Source: Candidatus Helarchaeota ASGARD archaeon Hel_GB_B (lineage in GTDB: Archaea; Asgardarchaeota; Lokiarchaeia; Helarchaeales; HEL-GB-B). From it: a stretch of 32,000 nucleotides of DNA. The stretch is taken from positions 1 through 32,000 of the forward strand of contig SUPR01000011.1 in assembly GCA_005191425.1 (NCBI GenBank), in the 5' to 3' direction. The number at the start of each line of letters is the position of its first letter. Within the stretch, counting starts at the first letter, position 1. Under the pieces are notes generated by a model, which saw only the letters and a program-made list of their open reading frames with translations, made no database searches and was not told where the DNA came from. Positions 16,401 through 26,367 of this stretch are shown one piece after another. The translations under genes were made by a program, and so were the position numbers.

Positions 16401-16850
16401 ATGAATAAAAATAATAATATTATTAAAAATGAGGAGTTAAATAAAAATAGGGACGGGCAAATTAATCATTTTGAAAAGGGAAGACTAAATGTTTATTATT
16501 ATCACAAAAACCTGGACTTGATAATACCGATTAATAGCGCATCAAAAGAGGTTATAAAGGCGCTAAAAATAGTTGCAATAAAATTTAAGGGGAAAAATAC
16601 AACAACAAAAATAATAGAACAGGAGTTTAGTAGAGTAAAAAAGCAGATAAATTTTAAAGTAAAAAGAAGTGAGGAGATGTGGATAAAGGGCTTGAATTTT
16701 TATTATACTATTAGAGAATTTCCAGATTTGGTGAAAGGAATAATAAAAGAAATGGAAATAGGAAAAAAGATGTTAGGAAGGTCGATGGGACTTGTATTAA
16801 AAGTAATAGAGAACTGCGGCGGAAAAATAGTAGAAAAAAATAAAAATTAA
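16401..16850 (+). CDS. Hypothetical basic protein (orphan)
   Basis: 149-codon ORF, strongly purine-rich coding strand, no recognised motif. Confidence 0.6.
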   Translation: MNKNNNIIKNEELNKNRDGQINHFEKGRLNVYYYHKNLDLIIPINSASKEVIKALKIVAIKFKGKNTTTKIIEQEFSRVKKQINFKVKRSEEMWIKGLNFYYTIREFPDLVKGIIKEMEIGKKMLGRSMGLVLKVIENCGGKIVEKNKN

Positions 16851-17094
16851 AGATGTTTTATTTTTAAAGCATAGGATTTTGTAAAAAGTCAAATAAATAT
16901 ATTTTTCTCCAAAAAATGATTTCATATGCTTTTTTTACACCAATCTTAATAAAAAACATTGAAAAAAATCATAATATAAAATTATCATTTGAAAATAGAA
17001 TATAAATTAGAAATGATGAAAATCAAATAAAATAAAAAACATTTAAAAATATTTTAGGCTAAATACAAATGCAACAAAAATAAAGATGAGTTAA

Positions 17095-18630
17095 ATGAAA
17101 AAAAAGACTATAATTTTAATTTTGTTATTAACTATAATCCCAATTTTTGTGAGTATATTAGAAATAAATTCTCCATTTATTTCACAAAGAAATTATACAT
17201 ATGATAATGAATTAACAATCTCAAATTTAGCTCTGGGTGATATCGATAGATTTGTTTCAACTGCAATTAATTGTACTGATATTACATATATGAATGGATA
17301 TATTTGGGCAATTAATTTTGATAATTATAATGAAATTTACAAATTGGATCCAGATACTGGGACTGAGATAATGCATTTTATATTATCATTTCCCGTTATT
17401 GGAATTGCAAATGATGGAGTTTATCTATATGTAAGTGTAAATGATGTGGGAAATAATACTATTTTCAAATTGGACACAAATGGCAATATAATATCTAAAG
17501 TAACAATTACTAATTCTTCTTTAATTGGTAAGATTTATGGACTTGTTTGTGTTGGTAATCAAATGTGGGCAGCTTCAAATAGTCCAGATAGGTTAGTCAG
17601 ATTTAATAAAGATACGGGGGTATCTGATAGAGAAATTTCTTATTTGAGTACTCCTGCAGCTGGATTAGCAGAATATGACAATTACATCTGGGGAATAATG
17701 TATGCAGTAAATAAAATTTATGCTTACGATCCAATGACAAAAAGATGTAAAGACACATTTTCAAATGGTTTTCCATCCCAAAATGGAGATTGGGGTTTTA
17801 CAGAAAACGGAACACATTTTATTGCTTCGGACTTTCATATGAAAAGATTAGTTTTCTATAAAATACCTACAAAACAAGGTGAAGTTTTTACTGAACATGA
17901 TGCGCCTGCTTCGTATTCACCGTATGATATAGCATGGAACGGAACAAATTATTTTGTTACAGATTTAGTAGATAAAAAAGTTTTTGTTTTAAGTGAAGGC
18001 CCAATGACTTTAGAATATTATTTTAATACAACAATCTCGCCTATGGGAATTGTTTATATCAATAATTATCTTTATATTAGCGATTATAATTCTCCCTATA
18101 GTATTTACAAATATACATTAACAGGTACTCAAGTATCCGTATTTACTACAAATTTTGGTGGTACTGTAGATAGTCTCACTTTTGATGGTACCTATATTTG
18201 GTCAGCTTTTGACAATTCATCGGGATCATATTTAGCTAAACATAATCTAGATGATTTATCTATAATTAAAGTATATCCGACCTATAATTTTGCAGGAATA
18301 GCATATGACAATAGAAATCATGTTATTTGGGCTGTAGATTGGACAAACAATACCATAGAACAAATAAATCCAAATAATGCTAAGTTAACTGGTATTAAAT
18401 TTTCGACTCCTTATTCAACTGGTGAATATGGACTGGTTTTTAATGGAAAACATCTAGTTCATTCTTCTTTTAGTAGTGGTAAAATTTATAAGATCATTGT
18501 TAATTTTCCAGTGGTAACTAACTTGCCCAATATACCTGGTTTTCAATTATATTTCATTATTGCCCTTGTAGGACTAATTAGTTTACTATATAACTCAATT
18601 AGAAAAAAAGAATGGCATATGCCCCTCTAG
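17095..18630 (+). CDS. Cell-surface protein with tandem beta-propellers and IPGF (PGF/Loki-CTERM-like) sorting signal
   Basis: Signal peptide MKKKTIILILLLTIIPIF; repeated G-hydrophobic-x-x-(D/N)G-x-x-hydrophobic-W blades; C-terminal NIPGF + TM + RKK. Confidence 0.85.
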   Translation: MKKKTIILILLLTIIPIFVSILEINSPFISQRNYTYDNELTISNLALGDIDRFVSTAINCTDITYMNGYIWAINFDNYNEIYKLDPDTGTEIMHFILSFPVIGIANDGVYLYVSVNDVGNNTIFKLDTNGNIISKVTITNSSLIGKIYGLVCVGNQMWAASNSPDRLVRFNKDTGVSDREISYLSTPAAGLAEYDNYIWGIMYAVNKIYAYDPMTKRCKDTFSNGFPSQNGDWGFTENGTHFIASDFHMKRLVFYKIPTKQGEVFTEHDAPASYSPYDIAWNGTNYFVTDLVDKKVFVLSEGPMTLEYYFNTTISPMGIVYINNYLYISDYNSPYSIYKYTLTGTQVSVFTTNFGGTVDSLTFDGTYIWSAFDNSSGSYLAKHNLDDLSIIKVYPTYNFAGIAYDNRNHVIWAVDWTNNTIEQINPNNAKLTGIKFSTPYSTGEYGLVFNGKHLVHSSFSSGKIYKIIVNFPVVTNLPNIPGFQLYFIIALVGLISLLYNSIRKKEWHMPL

Positions 18631-18669
18631 ACTACCAAATGAATGAAATAAAAAAAGTAATTAATAAAC

Positions 18670-18701
18670 TTTTATTTTTTATATTTTTTTTATACTCTTT
18701 T
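18670..18701 (+). terminator. Probable oligo-T terminator after the surface-protein gene
   Basis: Several T runs of 4-8 nt starting about 40 nt after the stop. Confidence 0.4.
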
Positions 18702-19074
18702 AATTTAGAGGATTATTTTAGATGTTTATAGTTTGTAAATAATTTTTTATACAAATTAGCACTTTATTTGTATAATATTCTTTCTTAAAAAATAATTTTA
18801 TGGATTTATAATAATAAATGTCTGCAAATTTTATTTATTCATGGTGCTTTTCATTTTTTATAAGATTGTAAAGATTTTTTTCATAAATTTTTAGCATGAT
18901 ATAATTATTACCGACCTATTAAGCTATTATATTATTAAAAGATTATTAGTAAAAAATTAATCAGCGTCAAAAAGTGATAAAAGCCAAATAATTAAATTCA
19001 TTTAATTTAAATTTCTTCTTAAAGATTGAAATATGTGTAAAATTAATCTATAAGAATTAAAACCATTTTTTGAG

Positions 19075-19968
19075 TTGATGATTGTGCAAAAAATAAACAA
19101 TACAGAACTTATTAAAGATGTTGAAATATTATTTCTTGTTGAAAATTCGGTATATACATCAAAATTATTTGCTGAACATGGTTTAGCAATTTATTTAAGG
19201 GGACATTTTTTAAATGGAAAAGAATTCAAAGTTTTATTTGACACTGGTCAGACTGGAATTTCTCTAATCAATAATATAAAAAACTTAAAAGTTGATCTTA
19301 CTAATTTAGACGGAATAGTTTTTTCACATGGGCATTATGATCATACAGGAGGAATTAAGCATTTTCTTGAAAGTTATAATGATAATGTAAAAATATATTG
19401 TCATCCAGAGGTATTTAAGAAAAAATATTCAGTAAATAATCAAAAGAAAAGAGATATAGGACTTCCATTCAATAGAAAATTAATTGAATCTCTTGGTGGA
19501 ATATTTAAAGAAATAACTAAGCCAACTCAAATTGTAGGTGGAATATTTACTACTGGAGAAATTGAGAGGACTAATGATTTTGAGAAAGTCCCGGACCGGT
19601 TTAAGAAGTTGGAAGACGGAGAATTAATTCAGGATGATATTATAGATGATTTAGCATTAATCTTAAACACGCCGGAAGGAATTATTTTAGTTACAGGGTG
19701 TGGACATTCAGGTGTAGTTAATACAATTCATCATTCTTTAAAAATTTCGAATAGTAATAAGGTATTAGGGTTATTTGGAGGTTTTCATTTGATAGATGCT
19801 AATTTTTCTAAAGTTAATACTACAATTGATAACCTAAAAAAAATAGATATTGAGACAATTGGTGCATGCCATTGTACAGGTTCATTTGCAGCAAGTTTAT
19901 TAATTAATGAATATGTAGGTCAATATAGATATTGTTCTACCGGCGTTAAATTAGTATTTAAATTTTAA
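19075..19968 (+). CDS. MBL-fold metallohydrolase (COG1237-like)
   Basis: AEHGLAIY, LFDTGQ, SHGHYDHTGG, TGCGHSG, GGFHL, CHCTG. Confidence 0.92.
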   Translation: MMIVQKINNTELIKDVEILFLVENSVYTSKLFAEHGLAIYLRGHFLNGKEFKVLFDTGQTGISLINNIKNLKVDLTNLDGIVFSHGHYDHTGGIKHFLESYNDNVKIYCHPEVFKKKYSVNNQKKRDIGLPFNRKLIESLGGIFKEITKPTQIVGGIFTTGEIERTNDFEKVPDRFKKLEDGELIQDDIIDDLALILNTPEGIILVTGCGHSGVVNTIHHSLKISNSNKVLGLFGGFHLIDANFSKVNTTIDNLKKIDIETIGACHCTGSFAASLLINEYVGQYRYCSTGVKLVFKF

Positions 19969-19986
19969 TTTGCTTATTTTTACTAT

Positions 19987-20514
19987 TTATTTTAAAAGCT
20001 CAGTTAAAGTATTTTTAAAAACATTAAAATCATTTTGTGTAAATAAAACGAAATTAACTGATTTAATGTTCGAGTTTCCTTTAAGATATTCAATAGTAGT
20101 ACTTAACATTATTTTTGCACATTTATTGATTGGATAACCAAAAATTCCAGTACTTATTGCAGGAAATGCAATACTTTTTAAGTTATGTTTATCAGCAAGT
20201 TTTAATGAATTCAATGTAGCATTTTTTAATTTGTTATCTTCATCACCTTCGCCCATACGTGGGCCTACTGCATGTATAACATAGCGAGCTTTCAAATTTC
20301 CGCCAGTAGTAATTACAGCTCCACCTACAAAAGTTCCGCCAATTTTATTGCATTCTTCTTGAATTATTGGTCCACCTTTTCTCCTAATAGCACCAGCCAC
20401 ACCACCACCCATGATTAATTGTGCATTAGCTGCATTAACTATTGCGTCAGTATCTTGTTCTGTAATATCTCCTTTTATTAAATTAATTTCTGAATCCTTT
20501 ATTCTTACATTCAT
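19987..20514 (-). CDS. Macro-domain ADP-ribose-binding/hydrolase protein (YmdB-like)
   Basis: [42 protein letters not shown]. Confidence 0.96.
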   Translation of the reverse strand: MNVRIKDSEINLIKGDITEQDTDAIVNAANAQLIMGGGVAGAIRRKGGPIIQEECNKIGGTFVGGAVITTGGNLKARYVIHAVGPRMGEGDEDNKLKNATLNSLKLADKHNLKSIAFPAISTGIFGYPINKCAKIMLSTTIEYLKGNSNIKSVNFVLFTQNDFNVFKNTLTELLK

Positions 20515-20611
20515 TTAACTTACACCAAATCAATTATTTTTATTCTAAATTAAATAGTATTGTTGAATATTTAAATTTATAAAAATTCATTAAATTAAAA
20601 AAAGTTGTCAA

Positions 20612-21307
20612 TTAACTAATTATAGAATATAATTCTTCCAAATCATTGACTAATAGATCAGGCGCTTCGCTTTTTAATTGGTCTTTAGAGTGAAAACCAG
20701 TGCAAACAGATATACACATAATACCACCATTTTTACCTGCTTTTATATCATGGATTGAGTCTCCAATGATAATACATTCCTCTTTTTTTAAATGTAAGTG
20801 ATTGACAGCCAGAAGATAAGCCGCAGGATTTGGTTTTCCAATTTTTATGTTATCACCAGTTATAATTACGTCAAAAAAATCAAACAATTTCACTTTTTTC
20901 AAAATATAATTAACATTAATTTGAGGTGTAGAGGAACAGACCGCCAGTTTGTAATTATTAGACTTAAAATATTTTAATAATTTAATTGCGCCATTTTGGA
21001 CAGGAATATCTCCTTCTAAAAATTCGTGATAATATTTAATTTTTTTAGATGCAATTTTTTTTACAACTTTTTTTTCAGTACCACCAAGAGAATTAAAATT
21101 TTTATTAAATAAGATATCACTTGGAATATCCCACGGAGTTCGTCCCATATTTTGCTCTATAATTTTTTTGTCAATTGTATAACTACTTTCGTTAAATGCT
21201 TTCAAAAAAGCCTGGACATGATATTTTAAAGTATTTATAAGCGTTCCATCTAAATCAAAGATAAACCCTTTTATTCTATTATTTAATATTTTATTCTTTA
21301 AGCTCAT
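20612..21307 (-). CDS. HAD-superfamily phosphatase (PGP/beta-PGM-like)
   Basis: FDLDGTL, CSS, KPNP, IGDSIHD. Confidence 0.93.
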   Translation of the reverse strand: MSLKNKILNNRIKGFIFDLDGTLINTLKYHVQAFLKAFNESSYTIDKKIIEQNMGRTPWDIPSDILFNKNFNSLGGTEKKVVKKIASKKIKYYHEFLEGDIPVQNGAIKLLKYFKSNNYKLAVCSSTPQINVNYILKKVKLFDFFDVIITGDNIKIGKPNPAAYLLAVNHLHLKKEECIIIGDSIHDIKAGKNGGIMCISVCTGFHSKDQLKSEAPDLLVNDLEELYSIIS

Positions 21308-22979
21308 TGTCGCTCTTTCTTGTAGATAATTTATTAAATATTAAAGTTCGTCTTCTTATACTTTTAAAAATACTTTTAATTGACCTTTTTAATGCACCCA
21401 TATCATTTTTATGAAAACCCTTTATTAAATAGAAGATTAGAAAGCTAGTCCCGGCATATATCAATATTATTAGTCCATCAACAAGTAAATACAAGAATCC
21501 TTCGGTTGTCGTATATGGAATAAGATTAAAAAATTTCAAAAATAAAAACAAGGTACTTGGGACAGAAATGGAGAATAGTATTTTTCCAAATTTAGTTATC
21601 AAACTTTTAATGGGATATTGTAATTTATTTGCAGTATAAAATAAGAAAATAAATGAATAGATTGAAACTGCAAGTGCTACGCCCATTGCAAGTCCATTTA
21701 AATCGAAAAATATAAACCCAACTAAACTAAATGAAACAATTAATCCATATTCAAGAAAAGCTAAGTACATCCATTTGTGGGTTAAATTCATACTTTGCAT
21801 AATATATCTGCATAATCCTATGCTTAATTTAATAGCGTACATTAATACTAAACTGCTTAATATTGGCCATGCATTATAAAATGGTAGACCGATGTAATGT
21901 AATAATATTTGGGGCGATAATAACATTACGCTTGTTGCTAAAACAATTGATAAAAAGAAGGACAAATTGAATAATCTTCCAAATAAATCTCTAAATTTTT
22001 GCATTTCTTTTTTTGTATATAATTCAGTTGCAATTGCAACTTGACCACCCTGCAAGCTAGATGTTAATGCCATTCCATATCTTCCGAGTTTCAGAGAAGT
22101 CCCATAAATAGTAATTGAGTAATTTGGATTTGTATATGGGTATTTCATAGACATTAGATAAGGGATTAAAACGGTATTTAAATCAATAAACAATGTTTCA
22201 TCAAAATTAGCGAAATAAAATGCTAACCCTTGAGAGCTATACCTTTTTATATCTTTCCAATTGACATACTTTAAACTGAATTTCAAATTCTTATATCTTT
22301 TTTTGATTATGTAAAAAATGGCAATGCTCCCAATAATTATAAACAAATAATCAGATATAATGAGTCCTAATACATTAAAGCCCAATACAATAAATATTAT
22401 TTTAAAAAATGATGTAGTTGTATTAACAATAGTCATTATAAATACATAGAAATCATTTCTTTGGAAGCCCAATAATACTATTGTATATGGATTAACTAAA
22501 TTAAGAATAAATCTACCAATTATTAATGCAACACATGATGATATATAAATATTCATAAAACTTGGCTCAATAATACCTCTAGACGGCACAAAAAAAAACA
22601 TTATAAAAATCAAAATTATTGTAGTTATGATGGAAGCTAAAATATTTAAAAATAAATTAATCGAGAAAACTGAATTTATTTTGTTTTCATTCTTTAAGGA
22701 AAAATATTCCGATATGAATTTGCTACTAGAAAAATTTGTCCCTAAATTAAAAAAATTATAGGATAATATTATTATACCGGCATAGGAAGTGATAGTGTAA
22801 TAATATCCGAAATCAAATTTGATAAAATTTAAGATTATTGGTATTGAAATAAACTTTAAAATATAACTTATTATATTTCCTGCTAGATTAAATAAAGAGT
22901 TTCTACCAACTCTTTCACTAAAAGGAATTTTATAGCTTATATTTTCATCAAAATCATTATTTTGCTTGTCTTCTGCCAC
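21291..22979 (-). CDS. MOP-superfamily oligosaccharide flippase (Wzx/polysaccharide biosynthesis type)
   Basis: About 12-14 TM segments; NLAGNIISY, FNLGTNFSSSKFISEY, LLGFQRND; GTG start. Confidence 0.8.
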   Translation of the reverse strand: MAEDKQNNDFDENISYKIPFSERVGRNSLFNLAGNIISYILKFISIPIILNFIKFDFGYYYTITSYAGIIILSYNFFNLGTNFSSSKFISEYFSLKNENKINSVFSINLFLNILASIITTIILIFIMFFFVPSRGIIEPSFMNIYISSCVALIIGRFILNLVNPYTIVLLGFQRNDFYVFIMTIVNTTTSFFKIIFIVLGFNVLGLIISDYLFIIIGSIAIFYIIKKRYKNLKFSLKYVNWKDIKRYSSQGLAFYFANFDETLFIDLNTVLIPYLMSMKYPYTNPNYSITIYGTSLKLGRYGMALTSSLQGGQVAIATELYTKKEMQKFRDLFGRLFNLSFFLSIVLATSVMLLSPQILLHYIGLPFYNAWPILSSLVLMYAIKLSIGLCRYIMQSMNLTHKWMYLAFLEYGLIVSFSLVGFIFFDLNGLAMGVALAVSIYSFIFLFYTANKLQYPIKSLITKFGKILFSISVPSTLFLFLKFFNLIPYTTTEGFLYLLVDGLIILIYAGTSFLIFYLIKGFHKNDMGALKRSIKSIFKSIRRRTLIFNKLSTRKSDNELKE

Positions 22980-23549
22980 TAATTCTCACATTCCATATAA
23001 CTATTATTACAAAATCTATTAATCAAACATAATAAACAATCAAATCAAAACTTTACTACTATTTTAAGATTTATTAAATGTTTATTCTTAAACTCTTTCG
23101 ATTTTTTCATTCGACTTTTTAAATTAATTGGTATAATTTATTTAAATACTTTAATTTTAATGTTCAGATTTTGAAAATATAATTATGTAATAAATTTTTT
23201 AATGTAGAATAGAACCAAATTAACTGTTAATATATAAATTGCGCATCATATTGATTGTAATTGTTTCTTTTTTCTGCTCAAATGATAGTTTAAATTTTTA
23301 AATTATCGAAAATTTTCATTCGCACCTAAATTATTAAAATTAATAAATATTTTTTTAATTAGATTATTTTGAAAATATCTAAAAAAATAACTAAATATAT
23401 TAAAAATACAATCGCCTTAAATAGAATCATCAAAAATTAAATTATTTAAGGTATTAAAATTATAGTAAGAAAAATTTAACTACAAATTCAGTTATATAAA
23501 AGGGCTTATAATTTATAATCCAATAAAAAATAAATATTAATTCAGAAAA

Positions 23550-24518
23550 ATGAAAAAAATAATTATAATTACACATAGAGAAGACCTTGATGGAATAGGT
23601 TCTGCTGCAATATTAAAGAGATATTATGACCAAAGTGGTGAATATTTCTTTTTTTTTTATTACTCTCTTTATAGTGAATTTGTGAAATTAATTTCAAAGG
23701 CAATAGTTAAAGATTTTGATTTGTTATATATAACAGATATTGGATTTAATGAATTATATTTACCATTTTTTCGAGGAACGGTTGATTTTCATAAAAAAAA
23801 TTATTATGAATCTATTAGATTAAAGTTCAAGAAAATTTATTGGATAGACCATCATCTGATTAATAATGAAAATAGAAGATTTATGGAATCTATTTTAGGA
23901 GGTTTTATTCACAACGCTAAAAATGGTTGCGCATCTAAATTACTTTATAAATATCTAAAGGAAAAATATGGGTGGATAGATAGTATTTCGGAGCAAATTT
24001 CTAATTTTGCTAATGCAGTAGACCATAATATAAGTTTAGAAATATCAGATATGTTGCAGAGGGTCATAAATGCAAATCAAACTAATTTAAGAAATTTATA
24101 TAAAATAATGTTATATTTATCTGAGGGAGATTTTGAGAATGACTGGATTATAAATCAGAACAAAGAAAGATTAAAAGTTGAAAATATCGAGATAAAACGA
24201 GTTTTAAAAAATTTAATAAATTTTGAAATAAATGGGTTGAAAATACTTATAGGAATTTCTGAAATATTTACGACAGGTAGTCTTATAAAATATTTATTTA
24301 ACAATCTTGATGCAGATATCTATCTAACAATAAATGGAGACCAAGTTTCAATTAGAAGCCATTCGATCAATGTGCGAAATATAGCAACTGAATTCGGCGG
24401 TGGTGGACATAAATTTAGAGCAGGGTTTGTTTATAAAGATATAATTAAAGATAACAAAATATCAAAAAAATTCATAGAGGAGTTTAAAAATATAATAAGT
24501 ATTAAAACTAAAAAATAA
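23550..24518 (+). CDS. DHH/DHHA1 phosphoesterase (NrnA/RecJ-like)
   Basis: THREDLDGIGS, ITD, WIDHH, SIRS, GGGGHKFRAG. Confidence 0.92.
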   Translation: MKKIIIITHREDLDGIGSAAILKRYYDQSGEYFFFFYYSLYSEFVKLISKAIVKDFDLLYITDIGFNELYLPFFRGTVDFHKKNYYESIRLKFKKIYWIDHHLINNENRRFMESILGGFIHNAKNGCASKLLYKYLKEKYGWIDSISEQISNFANAVDHNISLEISDMLQRVINANQTNLRNLYKIMLYLSEGDFENDWIINQNKERLKVENIEIKRVLKNLINFEINGLKILIGISEIFTTGSLIKYLFNNLDADIYLTINGDQVSIRSHSINVRNIATEFGGGGHKFRAGFVYKDIIKDNKISKKFIEEFKNIISIKTKK

Positions 24519-24552
24519 GTTATGACTTGGGTTTTTTTAATTTGAAAAATCA

Positions 24553-25086
24553 TTAATCAGTACTGGACCCACATTTAAAACAGAATTTATCATTTCTTGA
24601 GATTGGTTCACCACAATAGGGACAATAATAAGGATTTTCAGATTTTGCTTCACTGACTTCAATTTTTTGGTCTTCCAATTTTTTAGGATTGATAATAATA
24701 TCACCAGTTTTTTTATCATAGATATATTTTAACCTGCCTTCAGATCTTAAGTCCATTAGAACTCTGAGTAAAATGTTTTGACTAATCATGGTCTCTGAAC
24801 TTAACTTATCTAGTGAAATTCTATCGTTCAATTCTTTATAAGAATTCAATACACTTTCTACTGTTTTCTTAAATCTTTTATTTTGCATATATTGATTAAC
24901 TGACGCAATCCATAGGAAAAAAGCTGGGATACCAAACCAAAAGCCCCAATACTTAATTCCAATAAAAGGAATATCAAATATAATGAATACAATACTGATT
25001 AATACAAGTATTGTAAAAACTAAAGCTACACCAGCAGTATTCCAGAATTCTCTACTTTTTTCATAATACCTATCATCTTTTTTCAA
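24553..25086 (-). CDS. Membrane protein: two TM helices, PCI-like winged helix, C-terminal Zn ribbon
   Basis: Hydrophobic aa ~17-63; RISLDKLSSET...LMDLRSEGRLKYIYD; CPYCG...FCFKCGS; TTG start with GGTG SD. Confidence 0.75.
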   Translation of the reverse strand: MKKDDRYYEKSREFWNTAGVALVFTILVLISIVFIIFDIPFIGIKYWGFWFGIPAFFLWIASVNQYMQNKRFKKTVESVLNSYKELNDRISLDKLSSETMISQNILLRVLMDLRSEGRLKYIYDKKTGDIIINPKKLEDQKIEVSEAKSENPYYCPYCGEPISRNDKFCFKCGSSTD

Positions 25087-25337
25087 TATTCAAACACCAA
25101 AGAATTTCTCTTTATTTTCTATACATATTCCAATTGTCTTATCTTATATAAAGATTTAAAGATTGAATAGAATTATTAATAATAAAAAAACTTTATTTTA
25201 AATAGTTATTGGTTTTATAATCTAATAAAAGGCTAAGAAATTAAAATAAAAAAGATAAAACATAATTTTTCAATCAATAAAAAAGAGTTTCAAAAATATT
25301 CTGAGAATAAAATTAAATCAAAAATTAAATAAAAAAA

Positions 25338-26258
25338 TTAAATAAAAATTTTAACGAGTGGAGCAAAGAATCTTATAAAACCAACTTTCCAGCCAAGATT
25401 ACTTCTAAGATCATCGATGTAATCGTCGAAATTTCTTTTTTGAAAATTAAAGACTTTTTCAGATGTATTTGTATCATACCAGTCAAGGTAAAAATGGTCA
25501 TTACTAAATTTTTCCTTATTGGGAGGCGGCAAATTGAACATTTCAAATAACTTAACAATTTGATCATAATAAATAAGTTGACATTGTGTGCCGCCACCGA
25601 TAATATAGGTCTTTTTAGCTTGATGGGGAGGTATTGAAACTGCATTGGATACAGCTAAGGCTACATCTAAAGGATGAATAAATTCCACTCTTTGATCCCA
25701 AGGAAGTGAATACATTCGTTTTAAGTTTTTTGGTTTAAGGTCAACATTTAGATATGGTGCTTCAGCAAATCTGAGGATTATCCACTCTAAATTAGAGTTT
25801 TTAACAATATTTTCACATTTTATTTTATGTTCAGAATAATTATCTGTAGCAAAAACAGGGTGATCAACAGTTATTGGGGGATTTTCATTATGTGTATGGC
25901 CAAAAACAGCAACAGAAGAAGTAAATATAAGTCTACAATTTGGATTTAATTGCTCAATTAATTTTACTAACTGTCTAGTACCTTCAACATTAATTTCATA
26001 AGCTTTGGGATTTGTTTCAGACCAAGGAGGTAATATGAATGCTAAATGTATAATAACATCTTGATCAGGAATTAAATCCTTATACGTATTTTCATCTAAT
26101 ATATTTCCCCATTTTACTAAGTCGGGAAATTTATTAGCGCCCATTTGGTTATTCATAGTTTTTAGATCAAAAATGGTAATTTCATGCCCTTTTTCTAACA
26201 AATTTTTGCAAATATGTCTTCCTAGACCGCCTAAGCCACCAGTAATTAATATTTTCAT
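25338..26258 (-). CDS. Extended SDR, NAD-dependent epimerase/dehydratase (3beta-HSD-like)
   Basis: TGGLGGLG, acidic FDL after beta2, HLAF, FTSSVAVFG, YSEHK catalytic motif. Confidence 0.88.
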   Translation of the reverse strand: MKILITGGLGGLGRHICKNLLEKGHEITIFDLKTMNNQMGANKFPDLVKWGNILDENTYKDLIPDQDVIIHLAFILPPWSETNPKAYEINVEGTRQLVKLIEQLNPNCRLIFTSSVAVFGHTHNENPPITVDHPVFATDNYSEHKIKCENIVKNSNLEWIILRFAEAPYLNVDLKPKNLKRMYSLPWDQRVEFIHPLDVALAVSNAVSIPPHQAKKTYIIGGGTQCQLIYYDQIVKLFEMFNLPPPNKEKFSNDHFYLDWYDTNTSEKVFNFQKRNFDDYIDDLRSNLGWKVGFIRFFAPLVKIFI

Positions 26259-26332
26259 AGTAGTTCACTTTTAAACAAATAAATTTTAACCAATTAATAT
26301 TACCCAAAAAATTATAAAATAAATAAATAATG

Positions 26333-26346
26333 CTTGAAATATCAAG
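26333..26346. promoter_or_regulatory. Candidate operator in the SDR/SRD5A divergent promoter
   Basis: Perfect CTTGA-N4-TCAAG palindrome in a 109-bp intergenic region. Confidence 0.4.
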
Positions 26347-26367
26347 GTAATATAAAAATAATAAAAT

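Noticed and set aside
22980-23549. Long AT-rich spacer as CRISPR array, ncRNA or missed gene
   Set aside because: No regularly spaced repeats, no GC-rich structure, and only a ~32-codon minus-strand ORF without support.
24537-24719. 60-aa - strand ORF
   Set aside because: Alternative frame within the Zn-ribbon gene.
25373-25645. 90-aa - strand ORF
   Set aside because: Alternative frame within the SDR gene.
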